A program made the translations under genes and the position numbers. The notes under the pieces are model-generated. The model made no database searches, was not told the DNA's origin, and was given only the letters and a program-made list of their open reading frames with translations. A DNA stretch of 64,000 bases from a virus. The stretch spans positions 1 to 64,000 of IMG/VR virus record IMGVR_UViG_3300024518_005299. One strand, given 5' to 3'. This document shows, piece after piece, positions 49,087 through 58,547 of this stretch; the first letter of the stretch is position 1; every line of letters starts with the position of its first letter.

Positions 49087-52000
49087 ATGACTTATAGTCT
49101 AGCGGGAGAAAGCATTAGCGTTGAGGGCTTGGGGCTTGGTGACTGCAGCCCAATTATTACCTTCCCGTCTGGGCAAGTTCCCCTTAGTCAACCAGGCCAT
49201 GACTTAGAAGCGGCATTGCTGCAAATCAATGCTAGTTTTGGTTTTAATACCACCCCTCATAATTTCAACACATCATGGGTGCCTACCCGCGATGACCCGC
49301 AGGGATTTCATGGCGCTAGTGGACAGGCGCCTCTTCCCGGGGAAATCATCGGCTTTACTGTTGGTCAATTTTTAGTCAGTGGTGAGATTGTTCACTCAGA
49401 ATACCGAGTGAATTCAGGTGGCACTATCCTACAGATTAATCTTCGTGATACTCGTCGCTGTCTAGATGCCATTAAGTTGATGACAGAAGACCTTAAGGAT
49501 AATCCTGGGTCTGGCGTGATTTCTGTCGCGCGCGGTGTTCGTATCACCAAAGGTTTTACAGATATTGAAGGGAATATTTCCGAGGCACTCTTTCGGGAGT
49601 ACCGCAAGGTTTTAGAGCAAGGCTGCACATATCCTCAGATTCTAGATGCTATTCAGCTTGCTATTGATACAGGTGAAATTCAATTTGATATCAGCAAGAT
49701 TCCATCTAGAGAAGATCTTGAAGCAAATCTGGGTGGTGATGCGGCTGCGATTCGATTTAACTTTACAGGAGAGCCCCTCTCAGAAGCCATCACTCGTATT
49801 TTAGAAGCCACAGCGTATGATTGGTATTGGAGTATGTCCGAACAAAAGATACGCCTTATCAATCGGAAGATAGCTTTTGAGCTACGCGAAGATGAGCTGC
49901 TTAATATCGTCGCATCTCTAGGTGCAGCTAGTGGACTTGAGCAAACAACAAGCTTACAGTTCGGTGATGACTTAGTGACCCAACCACGTCGTGTTCGCCT
50001 ACTTGGCGCGCACCAAGAGGGCTGGTTGAACTCTGCGCTCCTAGCTGATATTGATGGTGTTGACGCGCCAGCATCCGGTATAGTTTTTACTCCAGCATGG
50101 CCTAACTTTTCCGTTCAATTCACAGATGCAGTAGGCATCTTGCGTGATTATATACCTGGTGATACAGAACTTCGTGCTGCTCTTAAAAGCATTGAGCATT
50201 GGACTTATTTTAAGAAGTATCAGACTACGGCACCTAACCTGGGCTTGACGTCTCCTGGATTTGGCTTGCCTATTGATGCGGGTAGTATTGCTGCACAACA
50301 TCCAGATTTTGCGAGTCGCGCTGATCCAGCCCAGCCTATTGCTACTCTAGGTGGTAATGAGTCAGGACAACTTCGTTTGATTAATAATCGTCGTGACGCT
50401 AATCAGAACTGGGTGCTCAATTTTTATAATCGTGTTCGTGATCATGCTACGAGATTCTTTGGTCGCGCCTATCTAGCGTCTGGCATTTTGGCTAATGAAG
50501 CTTCTGGTGCCTTCAAGCTTGCGACTGCAGCCTGGGGGAATGTTGAGAACCAGGTAGAGGGGCAGAGCATTAGTGCTACGGGCTCTAGTGGCCTCTTTGT
50601 CAATAACTATGAGATAAATCGTGATCTTGGTCCTCTCGCGCCTTTCAAAGGGACAGACGACAAGATTGCTTCATATGCTGTTTTGCCGTCTGGTACGGTT
50701 TATGGCACTGAGGGCGAAGAGCCACCCGCAGCCTTCGGTCAGTGGACGGAAGACTATAACATAGGTAACGTCCCAGCAACTTCAGGTCGCCGTGCACGTA
50801 CTGGAGAGCATTACATTCCTGTTACTCTTCTAGAGGTGGGCGATTTAGTCATCGATCCTCGTGATCCTTTAGCTGCATTTGAAGCGTATCCAGAGGGGAC
50901 TGTATTATGCGAGCTTCCAATTATCGCAGGCACAGGTTTATCTGAAAACTTTACTTTTCGTAATCTTGTTACTTTAACGGAAGACGCGCTAGACTCTGCT
51001 GGGTCTGGCATATTTGATTTACCTGATCCAGGTTTGTTGGTAGAGCCATATCAAACGTTAGTAGGAGTAGCTCTTCCGGTTACATTCACTGAACGTTATG
51101 GTATGTCATTTCCACAAGAATGGACGAGTGGAACTTTAAGTACAGATTGTGATAGTGAAATGGTAGTTGTAGATGATACATTTGCTCCATGGAACTTTCC
51201 ACCACAGGGACGAACGACCTCTCTCCAATTAATGGAGGATCGTGCTTTCCGTCGCTTGCAAGGCTTGATCGCGCCCGCAGCCAATTCTCAATTTGCTCAG
51301 ATTGAACTCGTTGGATTGCCAACAATCTCTTTTGACTCATTCTCTAATGCAGCACCCAACGCTAGTGGATTTATAGGCATTAGGAATCATGGTATCACTG
51401 ATGTTAACTTTAGTCTTGGCGTTGGTGGCATCCTCACAAATTATCGCATTGGAAGTTTCTTTGCAGAGTTTGGAAAAGAAGCACCTCTCGGTGAACGTCA
51501 ACGTGCAATTCTAAATGGTATTATTAATCCCATAGATGTTGATTTAGCCAGTCCACTTACGCCAACAGAAAGGACTCGTCCCCGTCGACCCAATGGTCCG
51601 ACAGTGATTAGCAACATCCCAGGGCGGGGCGAGACAATTCGTCGTGCTACTATTGATGAGGTGAATTTCGCCTTGACATTCAACAACACCCCTGATGCTG
51701 GTACGCAAGAACGCTATCGTGGCGTGACTAAACAAGAATACACAGTACCTGCTAAAATTGCTGGTAGCACTGATCCAGATTTTGATGATACGGTTGGAAA
51801 GGGCGGCGCATTTTGTATAGATGGATTTTTGAATATTGGTGATGAAGCACTTTACCACGTAAATGAATCTAAACTCCCAGGGCAACTTAGGGTTATCCAA
51901 CGTTACTGGGCTGGCGGTCGTCCATTCTCGAATGGTACTGTGGTTTTTGTCAGCGGCATTGGCAGTACGTCTTCCTTGTTTGATGTGGCAATTCAAGGCA

Positions 52001-52449
52001 CGAGCCCTCTTCGCCGTCTAGCTGACGTGCCTCTTTTAAATGGAGCAGTGAGCGTTGGAGAGTTTTCAACTTTAGCTGCTCAAGCATCTCAAGGTACTCC
52101 TCGTGTTTTAGAACGTCCAGGTTCGGCATTGGCTGTTCCGGGTGTATTTCTTAATCCAGGTGGTAACTCTTCACTACCAGTGGAGATTGTGTCGATCACA
52201 GATGTAGGAACCTCGGGGGCTATTGTGTCAGTGAGGAAGCTGACAGACAATGGCGATATAGATAAAAATGCAAGTTTAGAAACGAACGTTGTTCCTATTC
52301 CACATGCAGAGTTTGTGATCGTAGGTGACAAAGGGGTGTTCTTGAGTGCTGCAGTTTTAAATACAAACTCAAGTAGTCCCGGGACGGGTGAGGAAGAGGT
52401 AGGCAAATTCTTTATGTCAAATAGACAGAATTTTATCAAGTTTGGATAA
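49087..52449 (+). CDS. large tail-tip/baseplate hub-like protein
   Basis: 1120 aa, last gene of the structural block; EAITRILEATAYDWYWS...IRLINR. Confidence 0.5.
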   Translation: MTYSLAGESISVEGLGLGDCSPIITFPSGQVPLSQPGHDLEAALLQINASFGFNTTPHNFNTSWVPTRDDPQGFHGASGQAPLPGEIIGFTVGQFLVSGEIVHSEYRVNSGGTILQINLRDTRRCLDAIKLMTEDLKDNPGSGVISVARGVRITKGFTDIEGNISEALFREYRKVLEQGCTYPQILDAIQLAIDTGEIQFDISKIPSREDLEANLGGDAAAIRFNFTGEPLSEAITRILEATAYDWYWSMSEQKIRLINRKIAFELREDELLNIVASLGAASGLEQTTSLQFGDDLVTQPRRVRLLGAHQEGWLNSALLADIDGVDAPASGIVFTPAWPNFSVQFTDAVGILRDYIPGDTELRAALKSIEHWTYFKKYQTTAPNLGLTSPGFGLPIDAGSIAAQHPDFASRADPAQPIATLGGNESGQLRLINNRRDANQNWVLNFYNRVRDHATRFFGRAYLASGILANEASGAFKLATAAWGNVENQVEGQSISATGSSGLFVNNYEINRDLGPLAPFKGTDDKIASYAVLPSGTVYGTEGEEPPAAFGQWTEDYNIGNVPATSGRRARTGEHYIPVTLLEVGDLVIDPRDPLAAFEAYPEGTVLCELPIIAGTGLSENFTFRNLVTLTEDALDSAGSGIFDLPDPGLLVEPYQTLVGVALPVTFTERYGMSFPQEWTSGTLSTDCDSEMVVVDDTFAPWNFPPQGRTTSLQLMEDRAFRRLQGLIAPAANSQFAQIELVGLPTISFDSFSNAAPNASGFIGIRNHGITDVNFSLGVGGILTNYRIGSFFAEFGKEAPLGERQRAILNGIINPIDVDLASPLTPTERTRPRRPNGPTVISNIPGRGETIRRATIDEVNFALTFNNTPDAGTQERYRGVTKQEYTVPAKIAGSTDPDFDDTVGKGGAFCIDGFLNIGDEALYHVNESKLPGQLRVIQRYWAGGRPFSNGTVVFVSGIGSTSSLFDVAIQGTSPLRRLADVPLLNGAVSVGEFSTLAAQASQGTPRVLERPGSALAVPGVFLNPGGNSSLPVEIVSITDVGTSGAIVSVRKLTDNGDIDKNASLETNVVPIPHAEFVIVGDKGVFLSAAVLNTNSSSPGTGEEEVGKFFMSNRQNFIKFG

Positions 52450-52505
52450 ATTTTTAAAAGCACGCACGAAAACGTCTACTTGACACATAATAGTCTAGAG
52501 GAACT

Positions 52506-52976
52506 ATGACAATCATGATCAAGAAGTATGCTAGCCCTTCTACACCAACAGTTTCCCATAACATTTATAACTTCGTCGTTGAAGCTATTTTAATAAATAG
52601 ACACGGCGCCCTTGTTGAGGGAGGGTGGAGGAAGAACGGACCGTTCGCAAAGGAGTGGGGTCAGCTGCTGACCAAGGTGATGCGTGTCGGCAAACTCGGC
52701 ATTAGCACACAACAACTTGCGTGGTTCGTGCAATTCTACAAGATAACAGACTTAGACTATAAAGAGTTTGGACTTCTACGTTGGAAGATCAAACATTATT
52801 TTAAATGGTGTAATATTGATAAGTTTGTTGCGTATTATATCTCTCTGCATAAGACACTAGTTGGTCAGAGGAGTAGTTATGTTGAAGATACAACAGGATA
52901 TAAGGTCAAGGCAGCTAGTAGTAAAAAGAGAACACTTAGTGATATATTGAGGGAGTTAGAGAGTGAAGATAATTGA
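52506..52976 (+). CDS. hypothetical protein
   Basis: First gene of the replication block. Confidence 0.75.
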   Translation: MTIMIKKYASPSTPTVSHNIYNFVVEAILINRHGALVEGGWRKNGPFAKEWGQLLTKVMRVGKLGISTQQLAWFVQFYKITDLDYKEFGLLRWKIKHYFKWCNIDKFVAYYISLHKTLVGQRSSYVEDTTGYKVKAASSKKRTLSDILRELESEDN

Positions 52977-54012
52977 GGAATTAAAAATGGTAGAGAATGA
53001 TAAGGATGCCAAGCGCGAGCATAAGATATTTATAAAAACTTTACAAAAAGAATATACCGACATGGAAGTTTGTGGTGCTCACGAACTCAAGCTACCCAAA
53101 AGTAATTCTACTGGTTCGCTAACTCTAGATATTAATCTTCATATCCCTTGTTATGACGGTGCGATAGTTGAGATCATTAGCAATGAAGGCGCCGGCAAGA
53201 CTACCTTAGCTTTGTCGATTATGGCAGAGGGCGCTAAGCGTGGTAAGCAACTACTATACATTGATCAAGAGCGCGCCCTTCAACGCACTCTCGTGGATTC
53301 ATTTCCTGAGTTGCGCGAGCCGGGTGTGTTAGAGATTGTTAGCTCTGAGACGGGTGAGGGGGCTTTAGGCATAGCAGAGGCTTGGGCGTTACAATATCCT
53401 GGCTCAATTACTGTGGTAGATTCTGTAGATGCCCTGATCCCTTCTCAGGTTGAACAGAAAGCGTTGGGTGAAACCGATGTAGGCTCGCTACCCATGTTGA
53501 TGAGCAGAGGTTGCCGTAAGCTTTCTCAGGCTGTTGGTAAGTCTGGCAGTGTTATCATTTTTATTAATCAGTGGCGCACAGCAATTGGAACTTATGGCGA
53601 TCCTAATAAAGCTAGTGGCGGAAAGGCCCTGCCGTTCTATGCACGTCAACGTATTGAGCTATTAAACATCACGTCTAAAAGGCGGATCATGGATGATGAT
53701 GGTGTGCAGATTGGGCATATTGTAAAATTCAAAGTTTTAAAGAATAAGGTCGCGCCACCATTTGTGAGTGGTGAATTTCCTTTGATTTATTCTAAAGGTA
53801 TTGATATTTATACAGAATTAGCTACACTGGCTGGGGATTTTGGCATTATTGAAATGGATAAAAAGTATTACTTAATCCCAAATGACAAAGGCGAGATAAA
53901 AAAACGCCCCAAAGCAACGGTTGTCAATATGCTAAGGGCAGACCCTGAGTTTTATCAATCTACTCTAGATGATTTAAAGGAGTTATATCCGGAGACCTTC
54001 TCTAGTGAGTGA
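52963..54012 (+). CDS. recA: RecA/UvsX-like recombinase
   Basis: EGAGKTT, YIDQERAL, VVDSVDAL, FINQWR, GGKALPFYARQRIEL, KNKVAPPF. Confidence 0.93.
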   Translation: MKIIEELKMVENDKDAKREHKIFIKTLQKEYTDMEVCGAHELKLPKSNSTGSLTLDINLHIPCYDGAIVEIISNEGAGKTTLALSIMAEGAKRGKQLLYIDQERALQRTLVDSFPELREPGVLEIVSSETGEGALGIAEAWALQYPGSITVVDSVDALIPSQVEQKALGETDVGSLPMLMSRGCRKLSQAVGKSGSVIIFINQWRTAIGTYGDPNKASGGKALPFYARQRIELLNITSKRRIMDDDGVQIGHIVKFKVLKNKVAPPFVSGEFPLIYSKGIDIYTELATLAGDFGIIEMDKKYYLIPNDKGEIKKRPKATVVNMLRADPEFYQSTLDDLKELYPETFSSE

Positions 54013-54790
54013 TAAAAAACATAAGAATGTCCGACATGGACATGCTACAAGAAAGGATGGTACCTCTAAGGAATATAATGCATGGAGAGGTATGATTCAA
54101 CGTTGTACAAATCCCAATGCTACGAAGTATCCGCGCTATGGAGGGCGTGGGATCAAAGTATGTGATCATTGGTTGGGTTCATTTGAGAATTTTTTTGACG
54201 ATCTAGGATTTGCGCCGTCATCAAGTTATTCATTAGACCGTATTGATAATGACGATGATTATAAGCCTGAGAATTGTCGATGGGCGACTGCTAAAGAACA
54301 AGCGCGGAATAGACACAATACAGTAACTTTTAATGGACAGAGTCTTGCTGAATATTGCGAAGAACATGAGTTGAATTATCATACCGTGATGACTCGTATA
54401 CAGAGAGGCTATTCTGTCGAACGTGCTATTTCAATGCCAGTTTATAACAGGATTAGTAAAGGCGCTCAGCATCTTGCTGATATTATCAGAGAAATCTTCC
54501 CACATCAAAAAGTTGTTTGTGAATATAATGTTGCAGATAGGGGATATTTACCATTAGATTTTTTTATTCCAAGCTTAAATATTGCCATGGAATATGACGG
54601 AGAGATGCATACCATTTTTTCACCTCTATATCATGTTGACCGTGCTGGTTTCTTAGCAATGAAAAAGCGAGACTTAGAGAAGGACGAGTTGTGCGAGCAA
54701 AAGGGGATTACTCTAGTGCGTGTGGCATATAGTGAAAATATGAGTAGAGGCTTGGTGTTAGATAAGATAGAGGAAGCGCAAAATGGCTAG
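54005..54790 (+). CDS. HNH endonuclease fused to a DUF559/Vsr-like nuclease
   Basis: YGGRGIKVC...SLDRIDND..Y.PENCRWAT, then LDFFIPSLNIAMEYDGEMH...RDLEKD...ITLVRV. Confidence 0.85.
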   Translation: MSDKKHKNVRHGHATRKDGTSKEYNAWRGMIQRCTNPNATKYPRYGGRGIKVCDHWLGSFENFFDDLGFAPSSSYSLDRIDNDDDYKPENCRWATAKEQARNRHNTVTFNGQSLAEYCEEHELNYHTVMTRIQRGYSVERAISMPVYNRISKGAQHLADIIREIFPHQKVVCEYNVADRGYLPLDFFIPSLNIAMEYDGEMHTIFSPLYHVDRAGFLAMKKRDLEKDELCEQKGITLVRVAYSENMSRGLVLDKIEEAQNG

Positions 54791-56273
54791 AAATGTTGCC
54801 GCCGAATTTAACTTACTGGCTGGTTTGTGCCGGAACCCAGAGATATTTTTTAATGTCCAACAGCACCTTTCTGCAGATGACTTTACGGAGAAGGTCAATC
54901 AAAAATTCTTCATAGTTTTACAACGGTTACTAATGAACTCCACGGGTGAGTTGGTAGTGACCCAACCTGGATTGTTAGCAGAGGCGGCGTCTTTAGGGTT
55001 TAAGGATTTCTATAAGATTTGCAGAGACGGTGAATTGATCGAGGCATGCCTAGATCATCAATCAACTCCAGCCATCACAGGGCGCGCCTTCTTACACGTT
55101 AAGCGCGAGTCTGTTAAAAGAGGCTATCAATCATATTTCAAACAAAAGCTTAAATATATTGAGGATACGACTGATGATACCAACAGCATCATCGACACTG
55201 TAGACTCTGGGCTAATTGATCTATCTAATAAATTACAAGGCGTAGTAGATGACGAGATCATCCATTTGCCTTCACGCGCTATTGAGATCATTGACGACCT
55301 AGCGGATCATCCGGGCGAGCTTGGTGTTGATATCGGCTTTCCGATTTGGCAACGCGCCACTGGTGGATTGCGCAATGGTACTATTACTTTTCTAGCTGCC
55401 AACGCTAAATCTGGTAAGAGCCAGATTGGGGTTCGTGCCGCAGTTGAGTTATCGCGCTATATGCCGGTGCTTTATTGTGACAGTGAATTGAACGAGATCG
55501 CGCAGGGTGTGCGAGCGTTTGGTATGCATGCTGAAGTGAATTATGAGGTCTTAGAGACTGGCTATTGGAAAGCGGATCATGATAAGATTATCCGCGATGG
55601 CTATAATAAAACCTTTGCTTTACAATGTGGTATCGATCGTCAGACGATCGAGGATGTAGACATTCGAGCAGAGTTTGCTACACGTAAATTGTATTATAAG
55701 CAAATGACTGGCATGACCGCGCGTGAGATACTACCCTTTTTACGTCGTTGGGTCATGCAGCATGTTGGATTGGATAATGATACACGACAAGCTCGTTGTC
55801 TAATTGTTTGGGATTATATTAAGTTGGCTCGAATTGATGAAGTCAAAGCGATGGGGGTAGGTGCTCATGATGTGTTGGGCGACACCTGTATGGCTTTACA
55901 TGATTTTGCTGAAGAGTTTAATCTACCCATCTTGGCGTTTGGACAAACCAATCGTGCTATTGACAAAGACTTTGCGATGATTGCCGGCGCGAAGAAGATT
56001 GTGGAGCTAGTAGATTCTATTAGTTTGTTTCATAAGAAAGACGCTCATGACTTAGTCACATCACCACAAGGAACACACGAGATACACATCTTAGGATCTC
56101 GATACGGTAAGGGCGTGAGCACCCATATTAATGTAGAGGCCGATCTAGGGATCGGGAAGTTCCAAGAGCTGGGCGTGGCTACGCTTGTACAATCAACACC
56201 CGTAACCCCGGCTGTTCCTGTAGGAGGGGCGGTAAAAAATCCGACCACTAGTAAATCTAAAACGAAACCATGA
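54783..56273 (+). CDS. dnaB: replicative DnaB-like helicase
   Basis: GGLRNGTITFLAANAKSGKS, CDSEL, VWDYIKL, FGQTNR, RYG. Confidence 0.88.
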   Translation: MARNVAAEFNLLAGLCRNPEIFFNVQQHLSADDFTEKVNQKFFIVLQRLLMNSTGELVVTQPGLLAEAASLGFKDFYKICRDGELIEACLDHQSTPAITGRAFLHVKRESVKRGYQSYFKQKLKYIEDTTDDTNSIIDTVDSGLIDLSNKLQGVVDDEIIHLPSRAIEIIDDLADHPGELGVDIGFPIWQRATGGLRNGTITFLAANAKSGKSQIGVRAAVELSRYMPVLYCDSELNEIAQGVRAFGMHAEVNYEVLETGYWKADHDKIIRDGYNKTFALQCGIDRQTIEDVDIRAEFATRKLYYKQMTGMTAREILPFLRRWVMQHVGLDNDTRQARCLIVWDYIKLARIDEVKAMGVGAHDVLGDTCMALHDFAEEFNLPILAFGQTNRAIDKDFAMIAGAKKIVELVDSISLFHKKDAHDLVTSPQGTHEIHILGSRYGKGVSTHINVEADLGIGKFQELGVATLVQSTPVTPAVPVGGAVKNPTTSKSKTKP

Positions 56274-57370
56274 CAATGACAAGAGAGCCATCAAAAGATA
56301 GGTTGACTAAAGAAAAGATTGAGGGCGTGCGTAAATTGGCACATAAAAATATGCGCCTGATTATGAAAAAGCTAAACTTTAGTGGGGATGATTTTGGTAG
56401 TCGTCTTGTAGGATGCTGTCCTATTCCTCACAATAATGGTCAAACGCCTAATGATAATCGCCAAGCATTTAGTTGGGATTTTGACCGACAGATGTGGCAG
56501 TGCTTTACCAATCAGTGCCATCAGATTCACGGGGCGGATATTTTTGCGCTTATTCAATGCGCGAAAGACTGCGGGTTCATTCAGGCCCTGCAGTGGATTC
56601 TAGATGCTATAGAAAAAGACATTGGTGATATTAAAGAACTTGATAATGAAGAGTCTCAACGATTAGAGCAGGTCATTCGTAAACGATCAGAACTTGTTAA
56701 ACATAAGCGTATGGAAGAGGCGTTGATGACTCATCTACAGCCTAGTGCTTATTTTGCTGATCGAGGATTTTCAAAAGAAGTTATTGCGGAATTTAAATGT
56801 GGAGGCGAATGGCACAAATATCAAACCTATGGTGAAGATAGAGTAGTCGTTCCAATTTATGATCCGCTTGATGGATATCTTGTCGCTTTTACATGTCGTA
56901 TATTGGACGACAATAAGATTAATAAATGGCGACCTAAATGGTGTCATACTCTTAATTTCGCAGAGATACGCAAGAGGTCTCAAGATCGCGCTGACGAAGA
57001 AAAATTTCATGCCTCGTCTGTGCTCTATAATCTTTATCGTGCTTCTCAGCATATGGGGGCGTCTAAAACTATCTTTGTAGCTGAAGGCCCCGGGGACGTT
57101 ATGAAGATGTGGGATGCTGGAATTAAGAATGCCGTAGCTGTTCTAGGCACCGGGTTTTCCAAACATCATAGAACACTCTTACATAAGATTGGTTGTCAGC
57201 AAGTAGTCTGCGTTTTTGATAATGACTTAGCTGGACAAAAAGCTAGCAATGTAGTGAAAAAAATGTGTGATAATTATTTTGAATTTAAAAACGTAACTTT
57301 ACGAGAAGGAACAGACCCTGGAAGTCTTCTTCCGATGCAGTTACGTATGGTTTTGAGGGAATATTTATAA
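56270..57370 (+). CDS. dnaG: DnaG-like primase
   Basis: N-terminal Cys/His Zn site; TOPRIM VAEGPGD...FDNDLAG. Confidence 0.88.
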   Translation: MTMTREPSKDRLTKEKIEGVRKLAHKNMRLIMKKLNFSGDDFGSRLVGCCPIPHNNGQTPNDNRQAFSWDFDRQMWQCFTNQCHQIHGADIFALIQCAKDCGFIQALQWILDAIEKDIGDIKELDNEESQRLEQVIRKRSELVKHKRMEEALMTHLQPSAYFADRGFSKEVIAEFKCGGEWHKYQTYGEDRVVVPIYDPLDGYLVAFTCRILDDNKINKWRPKWCHTLNFAEIRKRSQDRADEEKFHASSVLYNLYRASQHMGASKTIFVAEGPGDVMKMWDAGIKNAVAVLGTGFSKHHRTLLHKIGCQQVVCVFDNDLAGQKASNVVKKMCDNYFEFKNVTLREGTDPGSLLPMQLRMVLREYL

Positions 57371-57903
57371 TGAGCGTTTATGAGAAGATGAGGGTGTATT
57401 TTTCCTCACCCTATGAGCATGATCGTGCTGAAACGTCGTGGAAGTCAACAATAGAAAACTTTATGATAAGGAAGTTAGATTGGCGTATTCAAACTATCGA
57501 CCCTTGTTCAGACTTATGTGATGAAGCTAATCTTATTGATGAGATGAAGGCTAACGAAGACTGGTTAGGAGTATATTCGTTTTGTGCAAATATTGTGGAG
57601 AGCGATCTTGCAATGTTGAATCGTTGTGAGGGTATGATCGCATACCTACCCTGTAACGCAAGAACTTTTGGCACTACCCATGAGATTATTTATGCTTTAG
57701 CAAATAATATTCCAGTAGTGATGGTTATGCCAGAAGGGATTGACAAAGTGCCGCATTGGTTATGGGGAATTTTAGGTCCGAATCGCATCTTTGACAATCT
57801 AGAAGAAGCGGCAACGACTTTAGTAAAGAGAATGCAAGTAGCAAGAGGAGAACAAGCAAATGACACAGTTCATTACCCTAAGCGGTCGAGAATTGACTTA
57901 TGA
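57370..57903 (+). CDS. nucleoside 2-deoxyribosyltransferase/N-glycosidase-like protein
   Basis: VYFSSP...DLAMLNRCEGMIAYL...GTTHEIIYA...IPV. Confidence 0.75.
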   Translation: MSVYEKMRVYFSSPYEHDRAETSWKSTIENFMIRKLDWRIQTIDPCSDLCDEANLIDEMKANEDWLGVYSFCANIVESDLAMLNRCEGMIAYLPCNARTFGTTHEIIYALANNIPVVMVMPEGIDKVPHWLWGILGPNRIFDNLEEAATTLVKRMQVARGEQANDTVHYPKRSRIDL

Positions 57904-57916
57904 TAGATGTCAGTAA
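57860..57916 (+). pseudogene. relic 5' end of the dNMP kinase gene
   Basis: GAGGAG RBS + MTQFITLSGRELT versus kinase MAKFITLSGKKQT. Confidence 0.75.
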
Positions 57917-58547
57917 ACAAAGATTCAAATATCAACATACCATCCCTATACCGGATCTTGATAGTGAAGCATTTTGTTACTGGTTAGGGTTTATCTTAGC
58001 TGATGGATGTATTACTGATACTGACAGTGGTTCTGATCGTTTTATTATAGGCCTTAAGCAAGATGATAAAGATCATTTAGAAAAGTTACGCAAGTGGTTA
58101 AGATCTAATCATCCAATACGTTATATAAGAAAAACCAAGGCTTATGATTTTAGGATACGATCTCAAGGATTGTGCAATATGCTAGGTGAGTTTGGCGTCA
58201 CCCCTAGAAAGTCACTTACTGCTTGTGTGGACCCTAGATTAAAAAATAATCGCCATTTTTGGCGTGGAATGATTGATGGAGATGGCACTATATTTATTGA
58301 TACTCGTGATAAATTATTTTGTTTTGGCTTGCTCGGTACTGAAAATGTATGTATAGATTTTTGGAATTTTTGTTATGACATTGATTCTACTTTTAATAAG
58401 GTTTCAATTTGCAAACCCCCATGGAATGGATATTCTGTAAGATGTTCTGGAAGAAAAGCTAAAAATATTGCTAGAAAGCTTTACGGAGATTGTAATATTT
58501 ATCTGGATAGAAAGAAAAAATTAGTAGAGGAAAATATTGATGGCTAA
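57900..58547 (+). CDS. LAGLIDADG homing endonuclease
   Basis: YWLGFILADGCI and FWRGMIDGDGT. Confidence 0.9.
   Translation: MIDVSKQRFKYQHTIPIPDLDSEAFCYWLGFILADGCITDTDSGSDRFIIGLKQDDKDHLEKLRKWLRSNHPIRYIRKTKAYDFRIRSQGLCNMLGEFGVTPRKSLTACVDPRLKNNRHFWRGMIDGDGTIFIDTRDKLFCFGLLGTENVCIDFWNFCYDIDSTFNKVSICKPPWNGYSVRCSGRKAKNIARKLYGDCNIYLDRKKKLVEENIDG

Noticed and set aside
52480-52485. TTGACA before the replication block (also at 2500)
   Set aside because: No good -10 at 16-18 nt spacing
54005-54019. Same N-terminal MSDKK in the HNH fusion and DnaE
   Set aside because: Five low-complexity residues with different codons; likely chance
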